Origin: Octopus sinensis | Lineage: Eukaryota | Direction of reading: 5' to 3' | Assembly: GCF_006345805.1 (NCBI RefSeq) | Contig: NC_043008.1 | Coordinates: 5,146,001-5,210,000 of the forward strand | Length of the DNA: 64,000 nucleotides | Shown: piece by piece, positions 60,397 to 64,000 of the stretch | Position numbering within the stretch: the stretch's first letter is position 1 | Layout of the letters: each line of letters opens with the position of its first letter | Position numbers and translations under genes: made by a program | The notes under the pieces: model-generated | What the model saw: only the letters and a program-made list of their open reading frames with translations | What the model was told of the DNA's origin: nothing | The model's database searches: none

Positions 60397-60648
60397 TATA
60401 TATAATATATATATATATGTATGTGTGTGTGTATATGTTTGTGTGTCTGTATTTGTCCCCCCAAATCGCTTGACAACCGATACTGGTGTGTTTAGGTCCC
60501 CGTAACTTAGTGATTTGGCAAAAGAGACCAATAGAATAAGTACTAGGCTTACAAAGAATAAGTCCTGGGGTCAATTTGCTCGACTAAAGGCGGTGCTCCA
60601 GCATGGCCGCAGTCAAATGACTGAAACAAGTAAAAGAGTAAAAAGAGA
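59640..60648 (+). mobile_element. SINE family 1 with four tandem 5' modules (about 180-bp period) and one 3' module
   Basis: Heads GGCTGTGTGGTAAGTAG.. near 59645, 59840, 60020 and 60200, each ending in (TA)n. A single tail at 60420-60648. Confidence 0.9.
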
Positions 60649-61404
60649 GAGTATCAAAGTCTCAAAACTATAAAATAATGTAGGATTTAATTTGTCACCT
60701 ATTTAACACCACCATCTGGTCCTTGGCTATCTTTTAAAGAAACCCTTAAATATTATGTTTCTTTATTAGCAACACAGGGCTGCACGCAGACAGGACAGAT
60801 TACAAAGTAGAGCTTTTCTTTTTGGGGAGAAAAAAAAAAGTGGGGCAGGTTTTCGATCAAAAGGGATCGTAAAAGGGAAAGAAAAAAACAATGAATAGGG
60901 ATCGTGTATCACAGAAATGTCATGGTGTAAAGTGTAAAGGGGGAAGCAGATAAGGTTTATTCGTGGAAAGAAAAGCCTATGGAAAAGACCACGGTAACCT
61001 CGGTCAATAATGTCATATGTTACCACATTTGTTTGCAAGTAGGTAACCCTCTGTTTTAAATTTTTCCTTGGTTTGTGAACTTGCTTATTACCATCACTTT
61101 GTCTTAGATACCTTTTACAGAAACGCTTGAATATTAAACCTCATTTATTAGCTTGTTTAGCCCTGCACATGGTCCCTTCATGTTTTTAGCAAAGTCCCAT
61201 TAGCTTTTAGATTTTATGAACATATTTAACGTTATTACCTGGTCCTTGGCTACCTTTTGTAGAGACCTCTTAGATAGCACACTTCACTTGTTAGCCTGTT
61301 TAGCTCCAGTACCTGGTCCTTATATGTCTTTGGCAAAATCCAGTTTGTGTCTGGCTGAGAGTAACTTACCCTCGTTAGCTCCCCCTCTCCCCTCTGAATA
61401 TCAA

Positions 61405-61793
61405 TGGCACATGTGCCAGTGGCATGTATAAAAGATTTGAGTGAGGTCATTGCCAGTACCGCCTGACTGGTCTCTGTGCTGTGGCACATAAAAGGGCACC
61501 ATTTGAGCGTGATCATTACCAACGTCGCCTTACTGGCACCTGTGCCAGTGGCATGTGTAAAAAGATTCAAACGAGGTCATTGCCAGTACAGCCAGACTGG
61601 CCCCTGTGCCGGTGGCAAGTAAAAAGCACCCACTACACTCTCGGAGTGGTTGCCATTAGGAAGGGCATCCAGCTGTAGAAACTCTGCCAGATCAGACTGT
61701 TGCCTGATGCAGCCATCTGGTTCGCCAGTCCTCAGTCATTCATCCAACACATGCTAGCATGGAAACGGATGTTAAACGATGATGATGATGATG
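61405..61793 (+). mobile_element. RTE LINE 3' end copy, about 60 bp from the kinase donor site
   Basis: Conserved tail ending in (GAT)n. Confidence 0.88.
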
Positions 61794-61852
61794 AAAACCA
61801 AAAAAAAAAAGAAAAAGAGAGAGAAGCTAACTATGAATGTTGTTATACTCAC

Positions 61853-61928
61853 AAAATAAACAAGATAACGCCAGCGCTCCATATGTCTGCAGGAAAACCG
61901 TACATGGAACCTTGGAGGACTTCAGGAG
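61853..61928 (-). CDS. CAMK4: CaMKIV-like kinase exon (APE motif to helix F: (A)[25 protein letters not shown])
   Basis: Splice sites ttttttag|CT CCT GAA and ATT TT|gtgagt. 76 bp, phase 1/2, joining the 41157 exon in frame (TT|A = Leu). The intervening intron is 20,695 bp. Confidence 0.92.
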
Positions 61929-62146
61929 CTAAAAAAATTACAAAAACAAGCTTAGTATTGTTTTAATATTTTTCTTTGAAAGGACAAAAAAAAAAAGTTG
62001 TTTTTTTAAAAGAGTATTTCACAAAGTGGACATATGAGATTAAGAGAACTTAAAATGAAAATATATATATGAAAACAAAATACTTAATTTTTTTTAACAA
62101 TTCTACTTTTATTTTGTTATTTAGAATGTCATGCCCCAGACACATA

Positions 62147-62545
62147 CACATCATCATCATAGTTTAATGTCCGTTTTCCATGCTAGCATGGGTTGGACAG
62201 TTCGACCGGGGTCTGGGAAGCCAGGAGGATGCACCAGGCTCCAGTCTGATCTGGCAATGTTTCTACAGCTGGATGCCCTTCCTAATGCCAACCACTCCGT
62301 GAGTGTAGTGGGTGCTTTTTATGTGACACCGGCACAGGTGCCAGGGAACGCTGACAATGGCCACGATTGGTTGGTGCTTTTTACGTGCCACCAGCACAGA
62401 AGCCAGTCAAGGTGGTGCTGGCATCGGCCACGTACGGAAGGTGCTTTTTAGGTGCCACCGGCACAGGTATCACAACTACAATTTCCATTTGATTTTTTGA
62501 TGTTGATGGTGATGTACTTGACTCAATAGGTCTCCTCAAGCACAG
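62147..62545 (-). mobile_element. RTE LINE 3' end copy
   Basis: Conserved tail with (CAT)n on the plus strand. Confidence 0.85.
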
Positions 62546-62552
62546 TATTATA

Positions 62553-63060
62553 CATTATAATAATAATGATGAAATTATTGTATACAGTGCTCAGGTGCAC
62601 CACAACTTGTCAAAAGTGCATATAAAGCATATGCAGTAATGTACAAATGCCTGGAAAGTGAACAATGTATGAGTCAGATACATGCTTGCGTGTGTATGGA
62701 GGGGAGAAAATCAGGTGTAGTTTTGGCAAATCACAGGAAGCATGGAAGTTTTGAAGGATGCAGTGCTCTGACAACTAACAACTGATGCCAGCAGTTTGTT
62801 CCGTGCTTCAGCAACTCTTAGCGTGAAAAAATGTTTCCGAAAGTCATGGGAGCTGTGCTGTATTCTGACTTTGTAAACATGTTCACGGGTGTTAGACAGG
62901 TGGTGTTTGAAAAGGTGCTCAGAATTATTGTTTGTAGGATGGTTAATAATTTTATGGGTGTTTGCCAAGTCAGCTGCCAGACGTCAGAGTTTCAATGTAT
63001 CCATGCCCAGGGAAGTAAGGCGTTCAGAATATGGCAAATGCTTGATGAAGGGTATTCTCT
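62553..63060 (-). mobile_element. CR1-clade LINE 3' end
   Basis: Close match to 56702-57135. Confidence 0.85.
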
Positions 63061-63082
63061 TGGTTGCACGTCGCTGAACGGT

Positions 63083-63083
<1 letters not shown>

Positions 63084-63132
<49 letters not shown>

Positions 63133-63740
63133 TGTGTACAGTGTTCAGGTGCACTACAACTCATCTAAAGTGTATATATAATCAGGTGTAGTCTCGGCGG
63201 ATTTCGGAAAGCATGAGGGTCTTAAAGGATGCAGTGTCATGGCAGTCAACAACTGACGCAGGTAGTTTATTCCATGCTTCAGCAACTCTGAGCGTGAAAA
63301 ATGTTTCCGAAAGTCATGGGAGCTGTGTTGTTTTCTGACTTTGTAGGCATGTCCACGTGTGTTAGACACATGGAGATCAAAAAGGTGTTCAGTGTTGTTG
63401 TTGGTGAGGTGGTTGATAACTTTGTGGGTGTTTACCAAGTCCGTCGCCAGACGCCGGAGCTTCAGTGAATCCATGCCTAGGGAAACAAGGTGCTCAGAAT
63501 ATGGTAGGTGTCTGATGGAGGGTATGCGTTTGGTTGCACGTCTCTGGACAGATTCCAGGAGGTCAATGTTCTGAGCAAGATAGGGGTTCCAAACTGATGA
63601 TGTGAATTCCAAGTGTGGTCGTACCATAGCTGTATACAGTTTTAAATAGATGGCTGGAGAGCGGCTAACAAAAGTCTTGCTGAGTGATGCCAAGACACCC
63701 TCGGCCTTCTTGACAATTTTAGAGATATGCTTTCCAGACG
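63084..63740 (-). mobile_element. CR1-clade LINE 3' fragment, tandem to the previous copy
   Basis: LYTAMVRPHLEF..VWNP..LESVQRRATK..TRGHAYK with an (ATT)n tail. Confidence 0.88.
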
Positions 63741-64000
63741 ATTATCAGGAAGGATGTCTTGAGTGATGTTCTGTTGGTGTCGTTTACTCCTTGAGTCAGC
63801 TATCATTGATCAGAATTTAGGATCAAAAGCATTCCATCCATGACCATCCCATTTTTTTAAGTATATCTAGGAAACATAACCTTAACCCATGCCAGCATGG
63901 AAAGAAAACAAACTGATGATGGCGAATGTGCCCTTCACATTTTTAAGAGAGCAGGAAATGATTTGAGAGAAATTTGGTTGCTTTTTCTAGCAGGTCAAGC

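Overview
AT-rich, microsatellite-laden animal genomic DNA. The SINE and LINE families look like those of an octopod cephalopod (inference; I could not run a search). There are no prokaryotic features, CRISPR arrays, rRNA genes or convincing functional tRNA genes. The only host gene recognised is a CaMKIV-like kinase on the minus strand. Four of its coding exons were reconstructed from splice sites, phase continuity and kinase motifs: 61853-61928, 41040-41157, 40018-40176 and the terminal exon 32875-32940. Its 5' exons lie beyond 64000. Most of the rest is transposon-derived: Helitrons (RepHel remnants and non-autonomous copies), mariner and Tigger DNA transposons, RTE, Hero, L1/Tx1 and CR1 LINEs, a Gypsy remnant, Penelope-like (PLE) GIY-YIG 3' ends carrying hammerhead ribozyme (HHR) motifs, and three tRNA-derived SINE families. 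The most unusual observations are: (1) TA-flanked palindromes whose arms carry a minimal HHR, so both strands encode one; (2) an RTE LINE inserted in a Helitron gene whose (GAT)n tail supplies eight in-frame ATGs, leaving a stop-free 772-aa PIF1-type helicase ORF in the sense strand of the kinase intron; (3) a Helitron with about 18-19 nearly identical 23-aa STPR-like repeats; (4) a PHD-type finger inside the RTE RT protein; (5) inverted repeats positioned around and between the kinase exons, a candidate circRNA/ADAR layout. Repeat boundaries are approximate unless termini are quoted. All functional statements are hypotheses.
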